This document shows positions 17,816 through 26,649 of a DNA stretch of 61,434 nt, one piece after another; within the stretch, counting starts at the first letter, position 1; every line of letters starts with the position of its first letter. The stretch is taken from the NCBI GenBank assembly GCA_013204345.1, contig JABMOB010000029.1:1-61434 (forward strand). Reading direction: 5' to 3'. Made by a program: the position numbers and the translations under genes. This DNA comes from Parcubacteria group bacterium. Lineage in GTDB: Bacteria; Patescibacteriota; Minisyncoccia; Phycocordibacterales; JABMOB01. The notes beneath the pieces are model-generated. The model ran no database searches. It had not been told where the DNA came from and saw only the letters and a program-made list of their open reading frames with translations.

Positions 17816-19072
17816 TTATTGATTAACGACACCAACGGTATGATCGTTATATTGTACTCTACGCAATATCCACAAACCAATAACCATAAGAAGTGCCATA
17901 ACAAGCATAGCGTAGCGGTAACTCAAAGCGCCAGAATTTTTTGTGAGTAAAAGAGTCAAGCTCCACGCAATAGGTCCTATAAATGTTGCAAATCTCTCAG
18001 CTAAAATATAGAAACTAAAAACCGTATTGATATTTTCTGGCGGAGCAAGATCTGCCACAAGAGCTCGCGACACAGTCCACACGGCGCCATGCCAAAGTCC
18101 TCCAATAATAAAAATTACCATAGCAAAATTGAAAGATGGAGCAAATGCAATAGCGGGTAAAATGATGACCCATCCACAAAGAATCCAAACGAGGGTTCGT
18201 TTATGACCAAATTTATCCGATATCCAACCAGAAATAAATGATCCTATAACAGAAGTGCTCAAGATGGCCATAATCATATAAGATTTTACAGTATCATTTA
18301 CACCAAAAACTTTTTCCAAGAAAATGGGGAAGTTATTTGAAAATGTCAAAAGACTATCGCTGAAAAAGAAATACGACCAAATAAAAGTACCTACCCCAAC
18401 TATTGAAAATACGGTTTTGGTTGTTATCCAAAGCTGTCTATACTCTTTTCGAAACGAAATATCAACAGACTGACGTATTGATTTTTCCTTAAACCAAATA
18501 AGCATCGGTAAAGCAAGAACGCCAAAAATAATCGTTGCTGGCAAAATAGTCTGCGCACGACCAGGTTCACCAAAAAGATAAAAAGTTCCGTTAGTAAAAG
18601 GTAGTATAAAAAGGAGGCCGAGAACTTGGCCGAGGACATTTACCCCCTGGCCAATACCTGAGATCCTACCACGGACATTTTCGGGTCCAAGTTCGGCGAT
18701 AAGAGGAGTGTAGTATAGGAAAGAAAATGAGTAAAAGAAAAAAGCAATAGTAAACAAACTAATTGCAAAAAACACGTGAGATGAGAAAAGAGTCATAACA
18801 ACACCAGTCAAACCAAAAAATATGAAGGATAAAATTGTTGTGATTCGCAAACCTCGCATACGATTTTTGACTTTATCGGATATTTGTCCAAAAACTGGTC
18901 CGACAAAAAGATACAGAAGTGAAGTAATAACCAAAGAAAGATTGAACCAAATATCATCCATCCCCCTATCCACGACTAACCACTGAGAAAAATAAAGAAT
19001 TGCCGTAATCATAATTACGGAATTCGCAAAATCATAAAGAGACCAAAGAAAAATATTTTTCTTATTTATCAT
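17816..19072 (-). CDS. MFS transporter (UMF1/Atg22-like)
   Basis: 418 aa with about 12 TM segments and an N-terminal WSLYDFANS motif. Confidence 0.78.
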   Translation of the reverse strand: MINKKNIFLWSLYDFANSVIMITAILYFSQWLVVDRGMDDIWFNLSLVITSLLYLFVGPVFGQISDKVKNRMRGLRITTILSFIFFGLTGVVMTLFSSHVFFAISLFTIAFFFYSFSFLYYTPLIAELGPENVRGRISGIGQGVNVLGQVLGLLFILPFTNGTFYLFGEPGRAQTILPATIIFGVLALPMLIWFKEKSIRQSVDISFRKEYRQLWITTKTVFSIVGVGTFIWSYFFFSDSLLTFSNNFPIFLEKVFGVNDTVKSYMIMAILSTSVIGSFISGWISDKFGHKRTLVWILCGWVIILPAIAFAPSFNFAMVIFIIGGLWHGAVWTVSRALVADLAPPENINTVFSFYILAERFATFIGPIAWSLTLLLTKNSGALSYRYAMLVMALLMVIGLWILRRVQYNDHTVGVVNQ

Positions 19073-20245
19073 CTATTTTCTAAGTATCTTATCAATCCTA
19101 TTGGCGAGTTTTATCATATCCTTCTCTTTCTTGCCCCTAGTAGTTTCTGCGGCGGTTCCAAGCCTAATACCAGACGGATCCATCGGCGAGCGAGTTTCGT
19201 TTGGAATAGTGTTTTTATTTACTATAATATCTGCTTTCTCAAGCCTATCACTAGCCTCCTTACCAGATATACCTTTTCCATCCATCCATGTATCCATCAA
19301 TATAAGATGTGTATTTGTACCACCGGAAATTATTTTCCAACCGAGTTTTTTTAGTTCTTTAGCTAAGGCATCGGCATTTTTCACCACCTGCTTGGCATAT
19401 TTTTTGAAAGCCGGCGATGATGCTTCTTTCAATGCCACAGCCGCAGCTGCAATTTGGTTCATATGGGGACCACCTTGAAGTCCTGGGAATACCGCTTTGT
19501 CTATTAGTTTACCCAAATCTCTCTCATCTTTTTTAGAAAAAATCATCGCTGAACGTGGACCACGAAGTGTTTTGTGCACAGTGGTTGTTACAATGTCAGC
19601 ATATTCAAATGGTGATGGATAAGCCCTGCCGGCGACCAGACCAGCAAAGTGAGACATATCCACCATTAGGTATGCTTTGACAGCGTCAGCAATTTCTCGA
19701 AACTTTTTGAAATCAACAATACGGGGATAAGCTGTAAATCCTGCAACAATAATGTTCGGTTTTTCTGTGACAGCTTTCTTTTTTATTTCATCGAAATCCA
19801 ACACCTCTGTTTCTTTATTCAAACCAAAAGGCACTTGTGTCCAAAACTTTCCGGTGGCAGAAACTTTGTGGCCGTGAGTAAGGTGACCGCCAGAAGAAAG
19901 CGACATACCCATCACTTTTCCACCTTGTGGCACCAGCGCAAGATAGACGGCCAAGTTTGCTGGCGAACCAGACAGTGGCTGGACATTTACATTCCACTTG
20001 TCAGTTTTGAGACCGAAAAGTTTCAAAGCTCTTTCTTTGCAAAGATTTTCTACCTTATCTACAACACTATTTCCACCATAGTATCTAGCTCCTGGATATC
20101 CTTCGGCATATTTATTTGTTAGCTCGGAACCAAGAGCTTTCAGCACATCAGCAGAAACAATATTTTCCGAAGCAATAAGATTTACAACTTTTTTCTGGCG
20201 AGCTTTTTCTTCTTTCAAGAGTTTCTCAATTTGTTTATCTTTCAT
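19073..20245 (-). CDS. glyA: Serine hydroxymethyltransferase
   Basis: LIASENIVS, YAEGYPGARYYGG and TTTVHKTLRGPR (PLP lysine). Confidence 0.95.
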   Translation of the reverse strand: MKDKQIEKLLKEEKARQKKVVNLIASENIVSADVLKALGSELTNKYAEGYPGARYYGGNSVVDKVENLCKERALKLFGLKTDKWNVNVQPLSGSPANLAVYLALVPQGGKVMGMSLSSGGHLTHGHKVSATGKFWTQVPFGLNKETEVLDFDEIKKKAVTEKPNIIVAGFTAYPRIVDFKKFREIADAVKAYLMVDMSHFAGLVAGRAYPSPFEYADIVTTTVHKTLRGPRSAMIFSKKDERDLGKLIDKAVFPGLQGGPHMNQIAAAAVALKEASSPAFKKYAKQVVKNADALAKELKKLGWKIISGGTNTHLILMDTWMDGKGISGKEASDRLEKADIIVNKNTIPNETRSPMDPSGIRLGTAAETTRGKKEKDMIKLANRIDKILRK

Positions 20246-20378
20246 AGTGTTTTTTTGGATTAATTATAGATTTTTAGTATATCACGACGGAACAGACGAA
20301 GTAATATTGACACACAGACCAAAAACAGACTGAAATTTAGAACGCCTTTTGTCCGACTTTCTTTAAGAATACAAAGTT

Positions 20379-20386
20379 TGTATAAT
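20379..20386 (+). promoter_or_regulatory. Extended -10 box (TGTATAAT) upstream of thyA
   Basis: TGnTATAAT match 33 nt upstream of the ATG at 20419. A TTGACA-like hexamer lies further upstream, near 20317. Confidence 0.4.
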
Positions 20387-20418
20387 TGGTAAACTATAAA
20401 TCTAACCAAAAAAATATT

Positions 20419-21351
20419 ATGTTTACAGACACAGTAAAAATGAAATCGGTTTCAGAAAGAACACCAGACAGCCAATATCAAAAACTACTTAGAGAGATAT
20501 TAGAAAAGGGAGTTCGTGTTATAAGTCAGCAAGGGGTAGACGCCCTAACTTTGATTGGCCCAACACCTCTTCATTTCAGATTGGATAACGGTGTACCACT
20601 TATCAATGAGCGTAATATGAACCCTAAAATTTCGGAAAATTTACCTGTCACAATCTGGCAACAAGCTATCGGAGAAATCTTGGCATTTGTAAACGGCGCA
20701 CGAACCCAAGCCGATCTGGAAAAATTTGGCTGTCATTGGTGGAAATATTGGGTTACAAAAGAAAAATGTACAAAACGAGGATTGGAAGAGGGTGACTTAG
20801 GCCTTGGATCATACGGTGCAGCATTTCACGACTTCCCGACTGCCGATGGTGGAGTTTTCAACCAGTTCAAACATATAGTGGAGCAGATAAAAGAAGAACC
20901 ACAGCTTCGTACACATTTTGTAACACCGTGGATTCCGCAATATATAGGCAGAGGAAAAGGTAAGCAACAAAAAGTAGTCGTTGCTCCTTGTCATGGCTGG
21001 GTACACGTCAGAATAATTGACGGCAAACTCACCCTACATATGATACAGCGTTCATGTGACGTTCCGGTTGGCCTTCCTCAAAATCTAATCCAGTATGCAG
21101 CTTTGGCAATGGCTCTGGCTCACGCAACAGACACAATCCCCTACGAATATGTACATAGTTTTTCAGATGCACATATTTATGTTGACCAAGTTCCTGCTGT
21201 AGAAACAATGCTTGCTAGAGAACCGCGCACGTTAGCAACAATGAAAATAAATACTGATAAAAAAGATTTATTTGATTTTCGTAGAGAAGATTTCGAACTT
21301 AGTGATTACAACCCCCATCCTGGTATAAAAGGTATTCCTGTAGCTATATAA
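20419..21351 (+). CDS. thyA: Thymidylate synthase (ThyA family, divergent N-terminal phosphate-binding region)
   Basis: APCHGW (catalytic Cys), QRSCDVPVGLPQN, DAHIY and a C-terminal NPHPGIKGIPVAI align with ThyA. ATG 20419 is preferred over TTG 20386. Confidence 0.85.
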   Translation: MFTDTVKMKSVSERTPDSQYQKLLREILEKGVRVISQQGVDALTLIGPTPLHFRLDNGVPLINERNMNPKISENLPVTIWQQAIGEILAFVNGARTQADLEKFGCHWWKYWVTKEKCTKRGLEEGDLGLGSYGAAFHDFPTADGGVFNQFKHIVEQIKEEPQLRTHFVTPWIPQYIGRGKGKQQKVVVAPCHGWVHVRIIDGKLTLHMIQRSCDVPVGLPQNLIQYAALAMALAHATDTIPYEYVHSFSDAHIYVDQVPAVETMLAREPRTLATMKINTDKKDLFDFRREDFELSDYNPHPGIKGIPVAI

Positions 21352-21375
21352 TGTGAACTCATCACACCAACCATC

Positions 21376-21870
21376 ATGTCTATATCAATTATTGTCGCAG
21401 CAGCGGAAAACAACGCTATAGGTAGAAAAAACGATTTGCCTTGGAAACTTGGTGCCGATTTAAAGCATTTTTCGCAAGTCACTTCCGGCAAAACAGTCCT
21501 CATGGGTTTGAATACCTATAAATCCATACTAAATATTTTAGGCAAGCCTTTGCCAAATAGAAAAAATGTTATTCTCACTTTTAAAAAAGATCCGACCATA
21601 GATCAAGAGCAATTTACTTCGTTTGATGACGTTCTTAAACTTGCGAAAAATGAGGATATATTTGTTATCGGCGGAGCAAGCGTATACAAACAAACACTGC
21701 CTCACGCTAAAACTTTATACCTTACACGTGTCCATACAAACATAGATGATGCGGATGCTTTCTTTCCTGAAATTCTAGAAAGTGAATGGACTTTAATTGA
21801 CAATGAGCCTCACAAAAAAGATGACAAAAATGAGTTTGACTATACTTTCCAAAAATATGAGCGAAAATAA
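21376..21870 (+). CDS. folA: Dihydrofolate reductase
   Basis: ISIIVAAAENNAIGRKNDLPWKL...DLKHFSQVTSGKTVLMG...FVIGGASVY. Confidence 0.9.
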   Translation: MSISIIVAAAENNAIGRKNDLPWKLGADLKHFSQVTSGKTVLMGLNTYKSILNILGKPLPNRKNVILTFKKDPTIDQEQFTSFDDVLKLAKNEDIFVIGGASVYKQTLPHAKTLYLTRVHTNIDDADAFFPEILESEWTLIDNEPHKKDDKNEFDYTFQKYERK

Positions 21871-22348
21871 AAAAGGAGACAACCCACATATAAATATGTC
21901 TTCCGTGCGTCGAGAGGACCAAAAAAAGGTTATGGAGGATATAAAAGAAGCTGGCCACTGCCCTTTTTGTATAGAAAATGTTGAGAAGTATCACAAGAAC
22001 CCCATTTTGAAAGAAGGAAAATATTGGTTACTTACCGACAATCAGTGGCCTTACGAAAAAATCAAACACCAACTGTTGGCGATATACAAAACTCACATTG
22101 AACATATTAAAGATATTGACCCAGAAGCAGGAAAAGAACTTTTTATAATGTTTGCCGAAGAGGCAAAAAAAAGAAATATACCGGGGGGTGGTATTGCAAT
22201 TCGATTTGGAAGCAACCCAAAACACGGCAATTATGGCAGTAGCGTACTCCACATTCACGCACATATGATAGAACCTGACTTAGAAAAACTTGAAGAAAAT
22301 GAAGCGTGGCGATTTAAATTTGGCCAACCCAAAAACTATAAAAAGTAA
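21857..22348 (+). CDS. HIT-family nucleotide hydrolase/transferase with an N-terminal CPFC motif (native-like composition)
   Basis: Histidine triad HIHAHMI and a CPFC motif. The ATG at 21857 overlaps the folA stop. Alternative starts lie downstream. Confidence 0.72.
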   Translation: MSENKKGDNPHINMSSVRREDQKKVMEDIKEAGHCPFCIENVEKYHKNPILKEGKYWLLTDNQWPYEKIKHQLLAIYKTHIEHIKDIDPEAGKELFIMFAEEAKKRNIPGGGIAIRFGSNPKHGNYGSSVLHIHAHMIEPDLEKLEENEAWRFKFGQPKNYKK

Positions 22349-22435
22349 TTCTTGACTAAAAAATCGAAGGATGTAATGTAGAGACATAAACGTTCTTTGA
22401 CTCTACGGCCTAAAAAACCAAAGGAAGGGATCTGC

Positions 22436-22807
22436 ATGGAAACAACCCAAATATCTCCATCCGATTTAATCCAGACAAACCCGAAATTTTTTGATCATTT
22501 GGAACCGAAAGCTTCTGACGCAGCGGCTATTCTTATTACCGAACTTTGTCAACAATGCCTCAATCGTTGGGTAAAAATCGAAGTTACTCTTTTTGAGGAA
22601 GAATGGCAAGGTAATAATGAATCTCACTATGAAAGAAGTGCGATGCAGATTTTGAGAGGATTTCAAAAAGCCGGACTCATCACGTTTGACGATGAATTCG
22701 AAACCTTTGGGATCACTCATAATTTTGTAACACGATATGAGAAGATAGATCCCAATAGGGAAAATGAAGGAGTCGATATCGGCCCAAGAGACAAAATCCT
22801 TGATTAA
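22436..22807 (+). CDS. Hypothetical protein
   Basis: ATG preceded by AAGGAAGGGA. 123 aa. No family was recognised. GC is higher than in the flanks. Confidence 0.5.
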   Translation: METTQISPSDLIQTNPKFFDHLEPKASDAAAILITELCQQCLNRWVKIEVTLFEEEWQGNNESHYERSAMQILRGFQKAGLITFDDEFETFGITHNFVTRYEKIDPNRENEGVDIGPRDKILD

Positions 22808-22839
22808 TCTACAAACACCCAGCAAGAAAGGACCCCTAA

Positions 22840-23439
22840 ATGCCGACCGATCTGATTATCCCTGGAATTACCGACACAAATACTCTCGTCTGCCTATCTC
22901 GAGCGAGGAAGTTCAAAGGCTACTGCAAGGCGGTAGTCGACGCCCTGGCTGGAAAGTGTCCGTTCTGCCAGATTGACAAAGACTACAACACCGTCATACA
23001 CGAAGACGAACTTTTCGCAACATGGCCGTGCAAGCCAGCCGAAGACAACACGGCGTTTCATTTTCTCATCGTCCCCAAACGACACATAACTGCCAACAGG
23101 GAGCTGACAGACACTGAAAAACTGCGCCTGTTTACTTTTATGGACTGGCTCGACGACAAGTTCAATATCACAAGTCAAGGTATCCTCTGTCGTGATGGAG
23201 ACGCGACTCTTTCCGCTGGAACGATACAGCACCTGCACTGGCACGTGATGGTTCCCAATGGAACCGGTCGCGTCGAATCACCGTTCTACAAAGGACATGA
23301 GGCAGATGTCGAGAGTCTCGCACGAGCAATCGTCTTCGAGAAGATACGTCAAGCAATTGAACGAGGTCTACCTGTCGGCGAAGCGTTCGAAGGCCTAACA
23401 CAAACAGAGAGAGATTTGGTCACTGGCCGCCTCAACTGA
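22840..23439 (+). CDS. HIT-family protein, second copy (GC-rich, probably acquired)
   Basis: Histidine triad HLHWHVMVP and a CPFCQ motif. 199 aa. Composition is clearly GC-richer than the neighbours. Confidence 0.78.
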   Translation: MPTDLIIPGITDTNTLVCLSRARKFKGYCKAVVDALAGKCPFCQIDKDYNTVIHEDELFATWPCKPAEDNTAFHFLIVPKRHITANRELTDTEKLRLFTFMDWLDDKFNITSQGILCRDGDATLSAGTIQHLHWHVMVPNGTGRVESPFYKGHEADVESLARAIVFEKIRQAIERGLPVGEAFEGLTQTERDLVTGRLN

Positions 23440-23467
23440 CCATTCTCACAACGAAAACATACACCCC

Positions 23468-23501
23468 AAATCGCCAACAACAGACAGTTGGCGATTTTTT
23501 C
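23468..23501 (+). terminator. Rho-independent terminator after the second HIT gene
   Basis: AAATCGCCAAC-loop-GTTGGCGATTT followed by a T-run. Confidence 0.8.
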
Positions 23502-23504
23502 TTG

Positions 23505-23541
23505 CCCGTCTAAATTTTTGCTCACAAAAAATTAGACGGGG
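23505..23541 (-). terminator. Hairpin terminator after the dCMP deaminase fusion gene
   Basis: CCCGTCTAAATTTTT-gctcac-AAAAAATTAGACGGG lies immediately 3' of the stop at 23542. Confidence 0.65.
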
Positions 23542-24414
23542 TTACCCTAAATCTACAAAAATTATCTCAACACTCTTGTCTTTTAAGATTCTTTCACCAT
23601 CCAAAACAGCGTAACCTTGTTTGTAATAGAGTTTTTTGACACCTGAAAAAGCAATCTGTTTGGCACATGGTGGGCAAGGAAATGTCGTGCAATACATAGA
23701 TGTTCCTTCAATAGAAATACCCTTTTTCGCTGCTTCAGCTACGACAGCTGCCTCGGCATGCAAGACCAAGGATAGATCAGACCTTATACCAGCGGTAAAA
23801 TTGATTCTGGGATCGCCTTCGTAATATGGCGTTTCCGACCCAGGAACGTATTCGTTGTGTTTGGAAATAATAATTTTATCCTCTTTAATAAGAACCGCAC
23901 CGATTTTTCGCCACCAATCAACCGACTTTTGCGATTCTTCCTCCGCCAATTGCATTATCTTTTTATCAAAATCTTCACGAGATATTTTCTGGTTTGGTGT
24001 AACTACCGTTTCGCCAGAGGTATTTTTCTTTTCCCATCTCAAAAATGTTGTGTCCCAAGTAACTTTTTTGTTTTGTAGATATTTGTTAAGGAATGTTTCC
24101 ACAACCTCATCCTTATTGGCCACAATCTCAACGTCTTCATCCGCAAGTTTTTCTAAATCTCCAGCGTTAGCTACGCTTATTTTATTAAAAATTTGCCAAG
24201 CGGAAACAAGCTTCAGCACCTCTTCCGGCGGAAGCATTCTTATGTCTTTTCCACGAGCCAAATTGTCAAACTGAGACAACAGTTCTTTTCCTAAGATTAA
24301 TAACTCACCATCTTTGTACTTCTCAAAAAAAATCCTGTAGCCCTCGTGGATAACAGGAACATAGGCGATTAACATTTTCCTACTTTTTGCCATCTTTTTT
24401 TGGTTTTTGGCCAC
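23542..24414 (-). CDS. dCMP (cytidine/deoxycytidylate) deaminase domain fused to an unrecognised N-terminal domain of about 150 aa
   Basis: The C-terminal half has HAEAAVV and PCPPCAKQI zinc motifs. The N-terminal half (LIAYVPVIHEGYRIFFEKY...) was not recognised. Confidence 0.8.
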   Translation of the reverse strand: MAKNQKKMAKSRKMLIAYVPVIHEGYRIFFEKYKDGELLILGKELLSQFDNLARGKDIRMLPPEEVLKLVSAWQIFNKISVANAGDLEKLADEDVEIVANKDEVVETFLNKYLQNKKVTWDTTFLRWEKKNTSGETVVTPNQKISREDFDKKIMQLAEEESQKSVDWWRKIGAVLIKEDKIIISKHNEYVPGSETPYYEGDPRINFTAGIRSDLSLVLHAEAAVVAEAAKKGISIEGTSMYCTTFPCPPCAKQIAFSGVKKLYYKQGYAVLDGERILKDKSVEIIFVDLG

Positions 24415-25036
24415 TTTTATCTTTTATTTCTTCAATGGTTCCCTCAACCGCCTCCATTATTCTGGGAACGAGTATTCTCTCGAAATTACCCGCCATACCT
24501 ATCTGAAGTCTACGTAGTTTTGCTGAAGTAGAAGTCTCCGCCTGGTATGCCAAAACTTTTACCTCACCACAATATTTTTTTAGATCTTTCAGTTCCTTTG
24601 ATGAATATGTGTCACTAACTGCGATCAATACATCAGGGCGCACAGCTCTTATAAGTGCCCAATGCTGATCTTTGGTGTTTTTAAGAAAAACCGCATCAAC
24701 AGATCTCAGGTGACAGAGCATTTCTAACCTTTCACTCTGCGGGACAACAGGCCGATCTGGTCCCTTACGAGCTTTAACCTTATCATCACTATCCACGCCC
24801 ACTATCATAAAATCCCCATGCCTTTTGGCTTCTTCCAGATACCTAGCATGACCAATATGCACCATATCCCAAGAACCTTGAGTCAAAACCATTTTAAGAC
24901 CCAATCCACGACAGTGTTTGACCAAATCTGCTATTTTTTTGAAATTGGTTACATACCTATGTTCAAAACTTGGCTCCAACCCCAAAATCCCTTTTTTGAC
25001 ACCAAGATTATTTATCGCTTCGCTTTTCTTTTTCAT
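24380..25036 (-). CDS. Cytidylyl/adenylyltransferase-family protein (TagD/RfaE-domain-II-like)
   Basis: GSWDMVHIGHARYLEEAK nucleotidyltransferase motif. Start taken at MKKKSEA. The 3' end overlaps the next gene by 35 nt. Confidence 0.72.
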   Translation of the reverse strand: MKKKSEAINNLGVKKGILGLEPSFEHRYVTNFKKIADLVKHCRGLGLKMVLTQGSWDMVHIGHARYLEEAKRHGDFMIVGVDSDDKVKARKGPDRPVVPQSERLEMLCHLRSVDAVFLKNTKDQHWALIRAVRPDVLIAVSDTYSSKELKDLKKYCGEVKVLAYQAETSTSAKLRRLQIGMAGNFERILVPRIMEAVEGTIEEIKDKSGQKPKKDGKK

Positions 25037-25067
25037 AATATAAGTCCTACTATTATAGAACGTTGCC

Positions 25068-25113
25068 CAAACAAAAACCACCCCTTCGACTAGCTCAGGA
25101 TGGTTTTTGTTTG
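25068..25113 (-). terminator. Strong hairpin/terminator directly after rplK
   Basis: CAAACAAAAACCA...TGGTTTTTGTTTG arms of 13 bp or more lie 5 nt after the rplK stop. Confidence 0.7.
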
Positions 25114-25117
25114 TAAA

Positions 25118-25540
25118 TTATTTAACTTCAACTCCCATAGAACGAGCACTGCCCTCTATAATCTTGGAAGCAGCCTCTACATCATGAGCATTTAGATCTA
25201 CCATTTTCTTTTCGGCGATTTCTCTTATCTGGGCTTTGGTAATTTTGCCGACTTTTTGAGCAACATTTTTACCAGAACCTTTGGGAACCCCAATAGCTTT
25301 TAATATAAGACTTGAAGCTGGTGGTGTTTTTAATACAAAAGTAAATGTTCTATCTTCAAATACAGAGATCTCAACGGGTACAGTGTCGCCCATCATTTTT
25401 GCGGTTGCATCATTAAAACGCTTTACGAATTCTCCGATGTTTACACCTGCCTGACCTAAGGCAGGACCAACAGGAGGTGCTGGATTGGCCTTACCGGCTG
25501 GAATAATTAACTTTAGTTTCTTTGTGATTTTTTTTGCCAT
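25118..25540 (-). CDS. rplK: 50S ribosomal protein L11
   Basis: [23 protein letters not shown]... 140 aa. Lies downstream of nusG. Confidence 0.95.
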   Translation of the reverse strand: MAKKITKKLKLIIPAGKANPAPPVGPALGQAGVNIGEFVKRFNDATAKMMGDTVPVEISVFEDRTFTFVLKTPPASSLILKAIGVPKGSGKNVAQKVGKITKAQIREIAEKKMVDLNAHDVEAASKIIEGSARSMGVEVK

Positions 25541-25635
25541 AATATTGGTAGGCTCTAGGTTACTAGGCTTTAGGCTTTAGGTCAAGGTTTTCTTGTTTTC
25601 CTAATGTCTATCACCTAACGCCTATTGCCTTGTTT

Positions 25636-26181
25636 CTAAATTTTCTTAACTTGCAAGAAATCTAATTCTACTGGTGTTTCGCGACCGAACATTGCCACCA
25701 GAACCCTAACCTTACCGCGCTCTTGATCAACTTCACCAACCTTACCCTCCAAATCTTTGAACGGACCGTCTGTAATCTTCACAGCATCATCTGGTGAAAG
25801 ATCAATAATATGTTTTGCTGTATCTGAACTCATTCTCTTGAAAAGATCGTCAACTTCTTTTTTATCAATCGGTACAGGATAAACCCCAGAACCAACGAAA
25901 CCTGTGACTCTTGGTGTATTTCTTACTACATACCAAGAATCGTCAGTTACAAGCATATCTACCAAAATATAACCGGGGTATATTTTTTCTTCTTCCTCCA
26001 CACGTTTTCCTCCTTTGATTTTTATTTTCTTTTCGGTAGGAACGATTACATTGAAAATTTTATCTCCCATTCCGAGAGATTCTATGCGTTGCTTTAGATT
26101 ACGCATCACAGCATTTTCGTAACCAGCATATGTGTGGATGACGTACCAATTTCTACCCTCTTCTATTTTTTGTTTAGACAT
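25636..26181 (-). CDS. nusG: Transcription termination/antitermination factor NusG
   Basis: WYVIHTYAGYENAV NGN start, a KOW motif (GPFKDLEGKVGEVD) and secE-nusG-rplK synteny. Confidence 0.95.
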   Translation of the reverse strand: MSKQKIEEGRNWYVIHTYAGYENAVMRNLKQRIESLGMGDKIFNVIVPTEKKIKIKGGKRVEEEEKIYPGYILVDMLVTDDSWYVVRNTPRVTGFVGSGVYPVPIDKKEVDDLFKRMSSDTAKHIIDLSPDDAVKITDGPFKDLEGKVGEVDQERGKVRVLVAMFGRETPVELDFLQVKKI

Positions 26182-26223
26182 GAATGATATTTTTATGAGC
26201 GAAGCGAATTTAAAATATCTTCA

Positions 26224-26281
26224 CCCTGTTAAATCCCATTTTGGCGGGATCATTCGTTGTTACGAATGATATTTAACAGGG
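26224..26281. repeat. Nested palindrome in the secE-nusG spacer
   Basis: CCCTGTTAAAT pairs with ATTTAACAGGG on the outside, and ATCATTCGT-tgtt-ACGAATGAT forms the inner stem. The left flank GAGCGAAGCGAAT resembles 1277-1290. Confidence 0.6.
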
Positions 26282-26313
26282 TTTAATAAATTATATTCGC
26301 CATACTCATTAAT

Positions 26314-26493
26314 TTATAAAACAAATTTCTGTAAAATTTGCGAGAAAATGAAGTCAAAAAAACCAAGAAAAAATGATACGGCAATAGAAATAAGAATAAC
26401 AATAATAGTAAAAGCAATTGTTTGGCTACGTGTCGGCCAGCTAACATGTTTCAGCTCTCCTTTTGTATCTTTTACATAATCTACAATTTTCAT
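26314..26493 (-). CDS. secE: Preprotein translocase subunit SecE
   Basis: MKIVDYVKDTKGELKHVSWPTRSQT followed by one TM segment. Start taken at the internal ATG. Synteny with nusG supports the call. Confidence 0.8.
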   Translation of the reverse strand: MKIVDYVKDTKGELKHVSWPTRSQTIAFTIIVILISIAVSFFLGFFDFIFSQILQKFVL

Positions 26494-26649
26494 ATATTTT
26501 ATTGATTTTCCTATTAAAAAACCCCTCCGGGGGTCATCTATTGATAATACACCCACACAAGACAAAAGTCAACAATTGACAACATCCCACAGAAAACTAG
26601 AATCTAGCTAGATCTACTGAACATTAAATGATGAAATGGAGAAATAATC

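Noticed and set aside
17815-17904. N-terminal 30 residues of the dut ORF, and similar long starts at 30703..31734, 32052..32492, 26314..26565 and 24380..25081
   Set aside because: The extensions overlap upstream genes or structured non-coding DNA and add non-homologous residues. Internal ATGs give proteins that start where the family normally starts.
26494-26570. Hairpin plus T-run (ACCCCCGGAGGGGTTTTTT on the minus strand) just upstream of secE, as the terminator of an upstream gene or tRNA
   Set aside because: No gene or tRNA lies upstream on that strand, since the neighbour is divergent. It may be an attenuator or coincidental, and the evidence is insufficient to annotate it.
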